A DNA stretch of 64,000 nt. Source: Pyrinomonadaceae bacterium (GTDB taxonomy: Bacteria > Acidobacteriota > Blastocatellia > Pyrinomonadales > Pyrinomonadaceae). Positions 42,841-52,532 of the stretch are shown piece after piece (within the stretch, counting starts at the first letter, position 1; each line of letters starts with the position of its first letter). The DNA lies in assembly GCA_963724185.1 (NCBI GenBank), contig CAVRTN010000003.1:261085-325084 (forward strand), given 5' to 3'. Under the pieces are notes generated by a model. The model saw only the letters and a list, made by a program, of their open reading frames with translations, ran no database searches and had not been told where the DNA came from. The translations under genes were made by a program, and so were the position numbers.

Positions 42841-43428
42841 ATGCAACGCACTATCGTCATATCACTGATCTGTAAACGATTCCTAATCACCCTGGCAACT
42901 CTCGCTCTTCCGCTCGTTTTAGTCACTCAGACAGAGGCGAAGGCTCTTAAGGACGCGGCGGTCGCCAAAATAGCGTTAGTCTCTCTCGCGGAAATGAAAG
43001 GAGCCAACCTCAAGAATACGAATGAAGTTAAGGCCCGGCTCCTATACCTGATGAAACACAATCCGAAAGCAGTCAAACTACTTTCTAAGGAATCTCTTTG
43101 TGCGACGCTGGCACTCGAAGAAAGAGTTGGTTTTGGGAGTTGCGTCAAGAACTGTCTGAAGGATGTCGGAATTAGTGCTTTTGCACTGATCGGGTGCGGG
43201 GTTTCGTGCGCTATGGCTTGGACTGGAGCTGCAGCGCTGCCATGCGCCGTTTGTCTTGGTGTGAGTATCACTGTCCTCAATACTTGCGCCCTCGGATGCT
43301 CGTTATATGGCCGAGAAGAGATTCTTATTGAGGAAAGTTTGACGCGCAACCAGCGCAAATCCCGCGCGCCTACGCGCTCACTGCAGGCAAAGCTCAGGCT
43401 TAAACCGGCGATTGCGCAGGCGAACTGA
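42841..43428 (+). CDS. secreted or membrane Cys-rich protein of unknown function
   Basis: ATG at 42841 after GGAGGA, with a signal-peptide-like N-terminus (…LALPLVLVTQTEAKA). There are 9 Cys within 67 residues (nt 43099-43299) in a Gly/Ala/hydrophobic context, followed by a basic tail. Confidence 0.55.
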   Translation: MQRTIVISLICKRFLITLATLALPLVLVTQTEAKALKDAAVAKIALVSLAEMKGANLKNTNEVKARLLYLMKHNPKAVKLLSKESLCATLALEERVGFGSCVKNCLKDVGISAFALIGCGVSCAMAWTGAAALPCAVCLGVSITVLNTCALGCSLYGREEILIEESLTRNQRKSRAPTRSLQAKLRLKPAIAQAN

Positions 43429-43575
43429 ACTTTCAGTCTAATGTGAGTGCTCATTATTTATTTAATGAGGACGGTGCGCGCAGTCGCGTCGGCCCAAGAG
43501 CTCGAATTTGCCCGACGTGAAAGTCGACTGCCGCGACTGCGCTCACCACGCTTTTCCTACGAAGGGGAGAAACTC

Positions 43576-45261
43576 ATGAGAATTAAGTCACTCATTGCTT
43601 TGGCGATATTAACTGGGCCTCTTCAGGTTGTGGCCCAAACAACGTCAGGCCCGCCGCCATTGACGGCGGTTATGAAGGTTACTGCTTCTGCAGAGCTGGA
43701 GGCGGTACTCGCGGAGGTGGGCAAACTGGACGATAAGCTGGCGATAGTAACTGTTAAAGCCCGAACGGCAGGTTTAATTGCGTTGTCCGACCCCATCCGA
43801 TCAGAAATTATCTTTCGTGAAGTTTGGAAATTCAGCAGAGAACAAACTGATGAGGACTTCGAGAAAGGAACAGCACTGGCCGTGATTGTGAACGAGCTGC
43901 TTCCGCGAAACCCCAAGCTCGCCAAACAGTTCTTAAGCGAAGACGCCACGCGCGGATCCAGTCAGGATCTTGAAGTTAATCGCAGGGCGAAATTGGCTTC
44001 GCGGCTGGTCGATGAAAATCCTCGGGCTGCTTCAGGAATTTTGGAGGATACATTGACCAGAGGAGTAACGCCGGCTGGATTAGCTGCGCTGTTACGACTG
44101 CGGGACAAGAATGCTCTGCTCGCAGATTTCGTTGTTGGGAAGTCGATGGAAGGACTAAGAATTCAACCGGATTTGGTGTCGTTAAGTAGCCTGCACCTGC
44201 TGTCGGTCTACCTTTTTCCCGAAGGCAACAACGTGGATCTTAGTTTATCGCTCGAGGGACTGCAGTTCCAATACTTTGCCACCAGCTACGAGGCTCTGCG
44301 GGCTTCACTGGCTAAGAGTGAAGAAAACCAGCTGAAAGAAAAGGCGTACACGAAAACCGAATTGCAGCGTCGCGGTCTGCATCAAGCGCAATTGTCGATG
44401 GTATTAGCAGCGCTGGCGCCGCGACTAGCGCCTAACCTCATCGGTGAGTTAAATGCCCTCGCGGACAAGCTTGGGGCGCAATTGCCACCCAATCTCGCAC
44501 ACTTGGCTAAACTTACTAGTTCCAGATTGGCTGGCGATAGGACTCTTCCGGAAGATCCAGATCATGCGATACCGCTGGCGATCCAGGGTGGCGACTATGA
44601 CGAGGCGACTCGCCTAATCGACGCTCTGAAAAGTGAGGAGATGAGGAAGCTCTATTCGCAACTTCTGTTAAAGACGGAGGCCAGATCCCTCTTGAGTACG
44701 GGAGACGTGGCCAAAGCTTTGACACGGATTAGGAAAGTGGAAGACGAAAATGCGCGGCTGGTGTTTTACCTCGAAGCGCTAAAAGCCGCGGAAAAGAAAA
44801 ATGATCCTTCGCTTTCCAGCGTAGTCATAAATGAAGTTCGAGGCTTCATTCCGCAGGTCGACCGGAATGGGCTGCACGTGAGAACGCTGCTGGCCTTCGC
44901 TTCTCAGCCTGCCGCCCTGGCGTCCACTGATGAAGCTCTGGGGTTTCTGAATTCAGCAGTCGGGTCGATTAATTCCCTCGCGAAGTCCACCAAGGATGAC
45001 ACGCGAGGAAAATCTGCTCTCGATCAGGCGTGGGCGGAGGTCAATGATCCGCGCAGCTTTCTGGATTCGCCGGAGTTTGCACATGCGTTCTCTACAATCG
45101 GGTTGCTTGATCTGGAGCGGACGATTATTGAAGCGAGGAAGATAGAAATTAAGTCGCTGCAACTCGTCGCGCGGCTCGAAGCGGCCGGTGAGGTCTTGCG
45201 AGCAGATGCTCGCAGGCCCAAACTGAAAACCACAACCAAAACCGTCAACGCTTCCCGCTGA
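43576..45261 (+). CDS. secreted all-alpha (HEAT/TPR-like) protein of unknown function
   Basis: The ATG at 43576 (after GAAGGGGAG) gives the signal peptide MRIKSLIALAILTGPLQVVAQ. The protein is 561 aa, Leu/Ala/Glu-rich, with no motif I recognise. The ORF track begins at 43447. Confidence 0.5.
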   Translation: MRIKSLIALAILTGPLQVVAQTTSGPPPLTAVMKVTASAELEAVLAEVGKLDDKLAIVTVKARTAGLIALSDPIRSEIIFREVWKFSREQTDEDFEKGTALAVIVNELLPRNPKLAKQFLSEDATRGSSQDLEVNRRAKLASRLVDENPRAASGILEDTLTRGVTPAGLAALLRLRDKNALLADFVVGKSMEGLRIQPDLVSLSSLHLLSVYLFPEGNNVDLSLSLEGLQFQYFATSYEALRASLAKSEENQLKEKAYTKTELQRRGLHQAQLSMVLAALAPRLAPNLIGELNALADKLGAQLPPNLAHLAKLTSSRLAGDRTLPEDPDHAIPLAIQGGDYDEATRLIDALKSEEMRKLYSQLLLKTEARSLLSTGDVAKALTRIRKVEDENARLVFYLEALKAAEKKNDPSLSSVVINEVRGFIPQVDRNGLHVRTLLAFASQPAALASTDEALGFLNSAVGSINSLAKSTKDDTRGKSALDQAWAEVNDPRSFLDSPEFAHAFSTIGLLDLERTIIEARKIEIKSLQLVARLEAAGEVLRADARRPKLKTTTKTVNASR

Positions 45262-45301
45262 TCGTGGTCCAGCTATTTCAGCGAGATGCGCATCTTGCGG
45301 C

Positions 45302-46093
45302 TCAGCGCACAACGCCCGTTAAGGGGCTGGAAGCGCTCGCATAGAGCCGCTTGGGCATCCGGCCGGCCAGGTAAGCAAGCCGGCCAGCCTGGATCGCCAG
45401 TTTCATGGCGGTTGCCATCGTTGCTGAGTCGCGCGCTTCGGCTATCGCAGTATTCATCAGCACGGCATCTGCACCCAATTCCATCGCAATTGCAGCATCA
45501 CTCGCAGTGCCGACTCCGGCATCGACAATGATAGTCGCATCGGGAAGTTGTTCGCGCATGATGGCGAGGTTGGCGGGATTCTGGATTCCCAGTCCCGAGC
45601 CTATCGGCGCCGCGAGAGGCATCACCGCAGGACAACCTGCGTCCAACAATTTCCTGGCCATGATCAAATCGTCGGTGAAGTAGGGCAAAACGACAAAGCC
45701 TTCCTTAACCAGGACACGCGCCGCTTCCAGTGTCTGCTCATTATCCGGGAACAACGTGGTTTGATCGCCGATAACTTCAAGCTTGATCAGATCTGTCTCC
45801 AGGGCTTCTCGCGCAAGGCGGGCAGTGCGAATTGCCTCCTCGGCCGTATAGCAGCCGGCAGTGTTCGGAAGAATTGCCAGTGACGGATCGAGATGGTCAA
45901 GAAATGATTCACTGCTTCGATCCAAAGGCACGCGTCTGACGGCGACAGTCACCATTTCCGCCCCCGAAGCAGCGTGCGCCGACTTCATTTCACTAAAGGT
46001 TCGATACTTTCCGGTCCCGATAATTAGCCGCGACTTAAATTCGCGCGCTCCGATTTTGAACACATCCGTTTCTGCTGCAAGTGCTGTTGACAT
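45302..46093 (-). CDS. thiG: thiazole synthase
   Basis: 263 aa containing [20 protein letters not shown] and [12 protein letters not shown], all typical of ThiG. Confidence 0.93.
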   Translation of the reverse strand: MSTALAAETDVFKIGAREFKSRLIIGTGKYRTFSEMKSAHAASGAEMVTVAVRRVPLDRSSESFLDHLDPSLAILPNTAGCYTAEEAIRTARLAREALETDLIKLEVIGDQTTLFPDNEQTLEAARVLVKEGFVVLPYFTDDLIMARKLLDAGCPAVMPLAAPIGSGLGIQNPANLAIMREQLPDATIIVDAGVGTASDAAIAMELGADAVLMNTAIAEARDSATMATAMKLAIQAGRLAYLAGRMPKRLYASASSPLTGVVR

Positions 46094-46138
46094 GATTTCG
46101 ATTATATTGCGGCGCCGGCCCGATGCCTATTGCTGACG

Positions 46139-46342
46139 TCAGCAGCCACCACCTACGAAATGCACGATCTCAATCTTGTCGTTCGAGTTGAGTATTGTGT
46201 GGGCCCAGTCTATGCGACGAATCACCGTGCCATTAACCTCGATCGCGAGACGCTCTAACTGCAAATCCAGGACGCCGATCAGATCCTGTATTGATAACGG
46301 CAGATCAAATTCTCGAAACTGACCGTTGACCTGGATTCGCAT
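46139..46342 (-). CDS. thiS: sulfur-carrier protein ThiS
   Basis: 67 aa with a ubiquitin-like fold pattern and a C-terminal ...HFVGGG(C). It lies directly upstream of thiG. Confidence 0.8.
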   Translation of the reverse strand: MRIQVNGQFREFDLPLSIQDLIGVLDLQLERLAIEVNGTVIRRIDWAHTILNSNDKIEIVHFVGGGC

Positions 46343-46355
46343 GGACTGGCAATCC

Positions 46356-46769
46356 TCAACCGGCAGGGTGAATCACGCGACGCAGCTCAGCAGTTTCGCC
46401 CTGGGCCTCTGCCCGAACAACAACCGCAGCGCGTCCGGATGAAAAGGTCGGCAGAACAATGGAAACTACGCCGACGCCATCGCGTTGAGTTTTCACAGAA
46501 TAGATTTGAGGTCGAAAAGTGGCGCCCAGGACTTTAATAGAGAGTGATGCGCCACCGACAGGCTTTTCGTCATCCCCCACTCGACGTTGCAGCAGGATCC
46601 GTATGGTTGTGCTTTGTCCGGCGACAAATTCCTCATCATCAAGAATGCTCAACTTGAGAACGTCTTCGGCTTTCGCCTTGTCCTTCTTCTTTGGCCGCGA
46701 AGGGCGACGCGAATCATAAACTGTATAAGCCTGTTCCTTCGTTGCGGAAAAAATCGGCTTTACCGGCAT
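46356..46769 (-). CDS. hypothetical protein (Ig-like C-terminal part; probably the 3' half of one gene with 46810-47250)
   Basis: The reading frame stays open upstream of its Met (…AVKTQPESEIVNRPTPPISDRPM…) into the end of the upstream ORF, consistent with one frameshift at ~46815-46850. Confidence 0.45.
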   Translation of the reverse strand: MPVKPIFSATKEQAYTVYDSRRPSRPKKKDKAKAEDVLKLSILDDEEFVAGQSTTIRILLQRRVGDDEKPVGGASLSIKVLGATFRPQIYSVKTQRDGVGVVSIVLPTFSSGRAAVVVRAEAQGETAELRRVIHPAG

Positions 46770-46809
46770 TGGCCGGTCTGAAATCGGCGGCGTCGGACGA
46801 TTGACGATC

Positions 46810-47250
46810 TCACTTTCCGGCTGCGTCTTGACCGCCGGGGTCCCAGTCGGTTGTTGGCCGAGCCGAAGAGTTCTCGATCACAAACCCCTGGGTGGCTGCA
46901 GACGGTGACGGTGGTGGCGGTTCGACCGTAGGTTCTGTCGCCTTCGGAGTTGAAATTTTGGCCCGCCCGCCCTCTTCCCGGCGAGCGCTCATTTGCTTCA
47001 GTTCCTCGATGCGTCCCGCATTGATGGCCGCGCAGATAAGACGATGTTGCCGCTTCAAACGTTCCGCGAGTGCCTGGTCGCTAAAACCATCGGCTATCAG
47101 GTCCTCATATGGAGTTCGCTTCGCGGCGAGAATTTCTCCACCGGAATAGACCAGCGAAAGTATGAGTGGCGTTTCGAGACCCTTGTCTTCTGTTTGCACG
47201 TGATAGACAACTCCATCACGCTCGATGTCAGTATTGAATCCTGTTATCAC
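46810..47250 (-). CDS. hypothetical protein with an N-terminal 'GVVYHVQTEDKG' domain and a Pro-rich linker
   Basis: An intact 146-aa ORF. I recall this N-terminal motif from uncharacterised myxobacterial and acidobacterial proteins but cannot name a family. Confidence 0.45.
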   Translation of the reverse strand: MITGFNTDIERDGVVYHVQTEDKGLETPLILSLVYSGGEILAAKRTPYEDLIADGFSDQALAERLKRQHRLICAAINAGRIEELKQMSARREEGGRAKISTPKATEPTVEPPPPSPSAATQGFVIENSSARPTTDWDPGGQDAAGK

Positions 47251-47399
47251 AATTTTTTAAATCACCGCGTGTTCGAATCGCCTCGTCGAACACCTCGCGC
47301 GACAATTGCCACGAAGGTCAACTGAATCGAAGTTAACACAGCAAATTTTGCAGGGTCAATTCACTATTTCTGAAACGTAATCGGCTTTAACAGACGTGC

Positions 47400-47428
47400 T
47401 TGACACCCCAGATCACTTGAACTAGGAT
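47400..47428 (+). promoter_or_regulatory. candidate sigma-70 promoter of the nuo operon
   Basis: TTGACA (47400-47405), 17 nt, TAGGAT (47423-47428). It lies ~90 nt upstream of nuoA. Confidence 0.4.
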
Positions 47429-47518
47429 TCGGCTTGTACAATGATTCCCAATCTAAGAATGGTTCATCAGTCCCGTCGGCGCTGATGCGCAGCAGTCTAG
47501 TTAGAGCCGGGTTTAGGA

Positions 47519-47992
47519 ATGTCATTTCGTCTCATTGACTATTTGCCAGTGCTCCTGGTTTTTGTCGTGGCCGCCGGTTTCGCCGTCGGCAATGTCTTCA
47601 TTTCGCAGTTTATCGGACAGCGAAAGCAGACGCGGACCAAGATGATGCCTTACGAATGCGGTAAGGACCCGGTGGGCACGGCGCGCGAACGTTTCTCCGT
47701 AAAATTTTATCTGATCGCGATGATCTTCATCTTGTTTGATATTGAGGTCATCTTCCTGGTTCCGTGGGCTGTGGTCTTCAAGACCCTCTCCGGTCCAGCA
47801 TATGGTTTAGGGACGCTGGTTTACGTGGAGATGATGGTGTTTGTAGTTCTTCTGCTCGCCGGTTATGTCTACGTGATCAAGAAGGGCGCGCTTGATTGGA
47901 GCGATCGTGCGCGTCGCGAGGCAGAGGCTGAAGGCCGGCTGCTGGCCGACATGGAAAAGCGGCAATTGGACATGAAGCGCACGGCTGCGTAG
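47519..47992 (+). CDS. nuoA: NADH-quinone oxidoreductase subunit A
   Basis: Three TM helices and the PYECG motif, with a charged C-terminal extension. Confidence 0.9.
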   Translation: MSFRLIDYLPVLLVFVVAAGFAVGNVFISQFIGQRKQTRTKMMPYECGKDPVGTARERFSVKFYLIAMIFILFDIEVIFLVPWAVVFKTLSGPAYGLGTLVYVEMMVFVVLLLAGYVYVIKKGALDWSDRARREAEAEGRLLADMEKRQLDMKRTAA

Positions 47993-48000
47993 GAAAATTA

Positions 48001-48630
48001 ATGGGACTCGAAAATATCATCGCCGAAGCTCTGCCCGAAGTACTGACCACGCGACTCGATTCGTTAATCAACTGGGCGCGTAAATCTTCGCTGTGGCCTG
48101 CAACGTTCGGCCTTGCCTGTTGCGCGATCGAGATGATGAACGCCACCTCATCGCGAAACGACCTCGCGCGTTTTGGCTCTGAAGTATTTCGCGCCAGTCC
48201 CCGGCAAGCCGACGTCATGATTGTTTCGGGACGAGTGTCGCGCAAGATGGCCCCCGTGTTGAGACGCATTTACGATCAGATGCCGGAGCCGAAGTGGGTT
48301 ATTTCGATGGGCGCCTGCGCTACGTCCGGCGGAGTTTTTGATAATTACGCCATTGTGCAGGGCGTAGACAAGATTGTTCCCGTGGACGTTTACATTCCCG
48401 GATGCCCCCCGCGCCCCGAGATGCTGATTCATGCAGTGATGATGCTGCAGGACAAAGTCATGAAGGAATCGTCGCGCGATCGCCGCGACATTCCCGAGGC
48501 CGAGGCTCGCACTGCCGTCGTTCCCGGAACATTGCCGATCACGGATGGCTCAACAGCCCTGAACAATGCATTACCGGAATCCAGGCCGTATTCAATTGCA
48601 TCGCGACACGAGCGCCGTCGCTCTTCGTAG
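48001..48630 (+). CDS. nuoB: NADH-quinone oxidoreductase subunit B
   Basis: N2 cluster ligand contexts [18 protein letters not shown] and PGCPPRPE. There is a long C-terminal tail. Confidence 0.92.
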   Translation: MGLENIIAEALPEVLTTRLDSLINWARKSSLWPATFGLACCAIEMMNATSSRNDLARFGSEVFRASPRQADVMIVSGRVSRKMAPVLRRIYDQMPEPKWVISMGACATSGGVFDNYAIVQGVDKIVPVDVYIPGCPPRPEMLIHAVMMLQDKVMKESSRDRRDIPEAEARTAVVPGTLPITDGSTALNNALPESRPYSIASRHERRRSS

Positions 48631-48651
48631 TTTAGCTGCGAGTAATCCTTC

Positions 48652-49197
48652 ATGAGCACAGGGACAAACAGCGGGAACATCTTGCCTGAATCGGCTGATC
48701 AGGATGTGAATCAAAGATCGACGCCGTCCCAGTTGGTGGCGGCGTTGCAGCGTCAACATCCGGATTGGGTCGGTGAGATAGTTGAGGCGCTGGGCGAAGT
48801 GACCGTCACCATCCCCGCGGTTCATATCGCAGATGTTTGCGCGGAACTAAAAACTGGGCCCGATACGCGGTTTGATTTCCTGTCGGATATTTGCGGCGCG
48901 GACCGCGGCGTAGAAGAAGAGCCTCGCTTCGAAGTTAATTACCATTTATTTTCAACCATCATCCATCATCGCCTCCGTTTGAAAGTTTTACTTAACGAAG
49001 GCGAAGCACACGTGCCGACTGTGACAGGCGTATGGCGCACGGCAAATTGGCATGAGCGCGAGACTTTCGACCTGATGGGCGTGGTGTTCGATGGCCATCC
49101 TGATTTGCGCCGGATACTTCTGCCTGACGATTGGCAGGGACACGCGTTGCGTAAGGATTTCCCGTTGCGAGGTTACGAACCGTATTCGTTGAAATAG
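48652..49197 (+). CDS. nuoC: NADH-quinone oxidoreductase subunit C
   Basis: Contains NWHERETFDLMGVVFDGHPDLRRILL. Confidence 0.9.
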   Translation: MSTGTNSGNILPESADQDVNQRSTPSQLVAALQRQHPDWVGEIVEALGEVTVTIPAVHIADVCAELKTGPDTRFDFLSDICGADRGVEEEPRFEVNYHLFSTIIHHRLRLKVLLNEGEAHVPTVTGVWRTANWHERETFDLMGVVFDGHPDLRRILLPDDWQGHALRKDFPLRGYEPYSLK

Positions 49198-49272
49198 TCC
49201 AATGTCCGGAGTCCAACGTCCCAACTGTTAACCGGACGTGAGACGCCGACTTTGGACTTTTGACAGTGGACT

Positions 49273-50493
49273 TTGAACATGAGCGCAGTAAACATTCCGC
49301 CTCAATTCGAGATTGTCGATCGGCCGCTCGACACGCAGATGACCATCTCGATGGGACCGCAGCACCCATCGACGCATGGTGTGCTTCGTCTCGAGCTGGT
49401 CCTCGATGGCGAAATGGTAGTCAAGGCGACGCCGGACATCGGCTATCTCCACACGGGGATGGAAAAGCTCTTTGAGTATAAGAAGTATCAGCAGGGGATC
49501 GTGATCACCGACCGGATGGATTATCTGAATCCGTTGGGGAATAACCTGGCCTACGTGATGGCGGTCGAGAAACTCCTCGAACTGGAGATTCCCGAGCGCG
49601 CTCAAACGATTCGCGTGCTGATGTGTGAACTGCAGCGGATCGCGTCTCACCTCGTCTGGCTGGGCACTCATGCGCTCGACATCGGCGCCATGTCCGTCTT
49701 TTTCTATTGCTTCCGCGAACGCGAAAAGATTTTAAATTTGATAGAGGCAGCGTCGGGCGGACGTTTAACGCCCTCCTATTTCAGAATCGGCGGTCTGATG
49801 ATGGATCTGCCGTCGGGTTTTGAACGGCGCGTAAGCCAATTTCAGGATGGGTTCATCAAGGCTGTCGATGAGTTTCATGTCCTGCTTACCGGCAACAGAA
49901 TTTTCCGGAATCGCACGCAGGGCGTTGGCGTAATTACTGCTGAAGATGCGATCGACTGGGGCTTGTCTGGTCCATGCCTGCGCGGTAGCGGTGTGAATCT
50001 CGATATTCGGCGTGTGAATCCGTATTGCAGTTACGAAACTTACGATTTTGAAACTCCGGTCGAGCAGGACTGCGACGTGTGGGCCAGGTATATGGTGCGC
50101 ATGCGCGAGATGAAGGAGTCGCACAAAATTGTGGCGCAGGCTCTGGGAAGATTAAGACCGGGACCAGTCAAAGCCGACGCACCTAAAGTAGTCTTGCCGG
50201 ACCGTGAAGCCATGAAGACGCACATGGATGCGTTGATTCACCACTTCCTGATCGTGGCCGAAGGATTCGATGTGCCGGCGGGTGAGGTGTATCACCCGAT
50301 TGAAGCTTCAAAGGGCGAGCTAGGCGTCTACGTTAAGTCTGACGGAGGACCAAAACCGGCGCGTGTACATTTCCGCGGACCGAGTTTTGTAAACTTGTCC
50401 GCATTGCCGCATATGTCAGAAGGCGCGATGGTAGCGGACATAGTAGCGATCATCGGATCGCTCGATATCGTTTTAGGCGAAATTGATCGCTAG
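49273..50493 (+). CDS. nuoD: NADH-quinone oxidoreductase subunit D
   Basis: Contains MGPQHPSTHGVLRL. The C-terminus IIGSLDIVLGEIDR is typical of NuoD. Confidence 0.93.
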   Translation: MNMSAVNIPPQFEIVDRPLDTQMTISMGPQHPSTHGVLRLELVLDGEMVVKATPDIGYLHTGMEKLFEYKKYQQGIVITDRMDYLNPLGNNLAYVMAVEKLLELEIPERAQTIRVLMCELQRIASHLVWLGTHALDIGAMSVFFYCFREREKILNLIEAASGGRLTPSYFRIGGLMMDLPSGFERRVSQFQDGFIKAVDEFHVLLTGNRIFRNRTQGVGVITAEDAIDWGLSGPCLRGSGVNLDIRRVNPYCSYETYDFETPVEQDCDVWARYMVRMREMKESHKIVAQALGRLRPGPVKADAPKVVLPDREAMKTHMDALIHHFLIVAEGFDVPAGEVYHPIEASKGELGVYVKSDGGPKPARVHFRGPSFVNLSALPHMSEGAMVADIVAIIGSLDIVLGEIDR

Positions 50494-50577
50494 TTTGTTG
50501 GTCGTTCGACGGCAGTGCCAATTGCTTCAACTGCAAAGAGCCACTAACAACGGACTACTAACTACTACAGATAAATA

Positions 50578-51108
50578 ATGAGTACACAACTCATCAACAT
50601 TCAGCCAATGTCGCAGCCGGTGGATATCGGCGACGAGGTCGCTTCATTTTCCGCCGAAGTGGAAGCTGAGATTGATCGACATCTGGCTAAGTATCCGGTG
50701 ATGCGGTCCGCCATTCTGCCGCTGATGTTTATTGTCCAGCGAGAGCGTGGATATCTGGATGCTCCGGGAGTTGCGTATCTTGCCAGGCGTCTGCATTTGC
50801 GGATAACGGACATTTGGGAAGTCGCCACGTTTTATTCAATGTTGAATACAACGCCGGTTGGCAAATATCACATTCAGGTTTGCAAGACCCTTTCATGCAA
50901 GATCATGGGCGAACCGGGGATCACCGAACACATCTGCAGCAAGCTGGGCATTCGGCCCGGCGAAACGACTGCCGACGGTCGTTTCACGATTTCGCTGGTC
51001 GAGTGTCTCGGGTCATGTGGCACAGCGCCCATGCTTCAGATTGGTTTTGATTACCACGAGAATCTGACGCCGGCGAAGGTCGATCAGATTCTCGACGCGT
51101 TGCCTTAA
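50578..51108 (+). CDS. nuoE: NADH-quinone oxidoreductase subunit E
   Basis: [2Fe-2S] ligand contexts VCKTLSCKIMG and ECLGSCGTAPM. Confidence 0.92.
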   Translation: MSTQLINIQPMSQPVDIGDEVASFSAEVEAEIDRHLAKYPVMRSAILPLMFIVQRERGYLDAPGVAYLARRLHLRITDIWEVATFYSMLNTTPVGKYHIQVCKTLSCKIMGEPGITEHICSKLGIRPGETTADGRFTISLVECLGSCGTAPMLQIGFDYHENLTPAKVDQILDALP

Positions 51109-51143
51109 CTATTTACTTTTCGGTATTCACTATTCACTGATTA

Positions 51144-52448
51144 ATGTTTATCGGCGCCATCGGATGTGAACCACTTCAGCTCGCGCGAGTCCACCTGGAA
51201 AACTCGCACAGCCTGGAAGTCTATCGCCGGCACGGCGGCTACGAGTCGCTGCGCAAAGTCTTGACTTCAATGTCTCCCGACGACGTTATCAATGAAGTTA
51301 AGAAGTCGGCGTTGCGCGGACGCGGGGGTGCGGGTTTTCCGACCGGCATGAAGTGGAGCTTTGTTCCCAAAGACTCGCCGAAGCCCAAGTACGTCGTCTG
51401 CAACGCCGACGAGTCCGAGCCTGGAACATTCAAGGACCGATATTTGATGGAGCGTGATCCGCACCTTCTAATCGAAGGAATGCTGATCGCTGCCTACGCA
51501 CTCGGCGCCAAGACAAACTACATCTACACGCGCGGCGAGTATCGCTATCTTATTGACATCATGGACCGCGCGCTTGATGAGGCGCGGGCCGCCGGCTTGC
51601 TGGGTGAAAAGATCCTCGGCACAGACTTTTCCAGTGAGGTGTACACGCACACCGGCGCCGGAGCTTATATTTGCGGCGAAGAAACGGCGCTGCTGAGTTC
51701 CCTCGAAGGCTTGCGCGGTCATCCGCGCATGAAGCCTCCCTTCCCTGCTGTCTCTGGCCTATACGCCAGCCCAACCGTCGTTAACAACGTCGAGACGCTT
51801 ACCGCGGTGCCTGACATCATCAGGATGGGTGGCGAGGCTTACCAAAAACTGGGTACCGAAAAAAGCGGCGGTACAAAGCTGTGGTCCGTTTCCGGTCATA
51901 TAAATCGTCCCGGCGTTTACGAACTGCCGATGGGTTACGACGACATGGAAAAGTTCATCATGGAAGACTGCGGTGGAATGCTGGGCGGGAGGCAACTGAA
52001 AGCGGTGATCCCTGGTGGCTCGTCCGTTTACATCATGCGCGCTGATCAGATCATCGGCAAAGACGTGCGCATGGACTACGAAGGACTGGTCGCCGGCGGC
52101 TCATCAGTTGGTTCAGGTGGGTTCATCGTCATGGACGAGACCGTCGACATCTTCGAGTCGACCAAAAATCTGACCGAGTTTTACAAACACGAGTCGTGTG
52201 GCTGGTGCACGCCATGCCGCGAGGGCACGGATTGGCTGGTAAAAGTATTCAAGCGCATCGCTAATGGCGGCGGCCGCCCTGAAGATGTTCAGCTGATGTT
52301 GGACCTCTGCGATAACATCGAGGGCAAATCGTTTTGTCCGCTCGGTGACGCTGCATCGTGGCCGATTCAATCGGCGATCAAGAGGTTTCCCGAAGATTTT
52401 AGAAAGCATCTCGTTAATGCGAACGGCGGGTCAGCTACCAATGTTTAG
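51144..52448 (+). CDS. nuoF: NADH-quinone oxidoreductase subunit F
   Basis: FMN/NADH site [16 protein letters not shown]3 cluster context [12 protein letters not shown]. Confidence 0.93.
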   Translation: MFIGAIGCEPLQLARVHLENSHSLEVYRRHGGYESLRKVLTSMSPDDVINEVKKSALRGRGGAGFPTGMKWSFVPKDSPKPKYVVCNADESEPGTFKDRYLMERDPHLLIEGMLIAAYALGAKTNYIYTRGEYRYLIDIMDRALDEARAAGLLGEKILGTDFSSEVYTHTGAGAYICGEETALLSSLEGLRGHPRMKPPFPAVSGLYASPTVVNNVETLTAVPDIIRMGGEAYQKLGTEKSGGTKLWSVSGHINRPGVYELPMGYDDMEKFIMEDCGGMLGGRQLKAVIPGGSSVYIMRADQIIGKDVRMDYEGLVAGGSSVGSGGFIVMDETVDIFESTKNLTEFYKHESCGWCTPCREGTDWLVKVFKRIANGGGRPEDVQLMLDLCDNIEGKSFCPLGDAASWPIQSAIKRFPEDFRKHLVNANGGSATNV

Positions 52449-52532
52449 CGGCGGGCATTGGCTGCCGAACATATGTCGAAACCGCGGGCGATGCCCGCTC
52501 CTAAACGGGTGGGTCTTGTCTCGAGTGTGATC

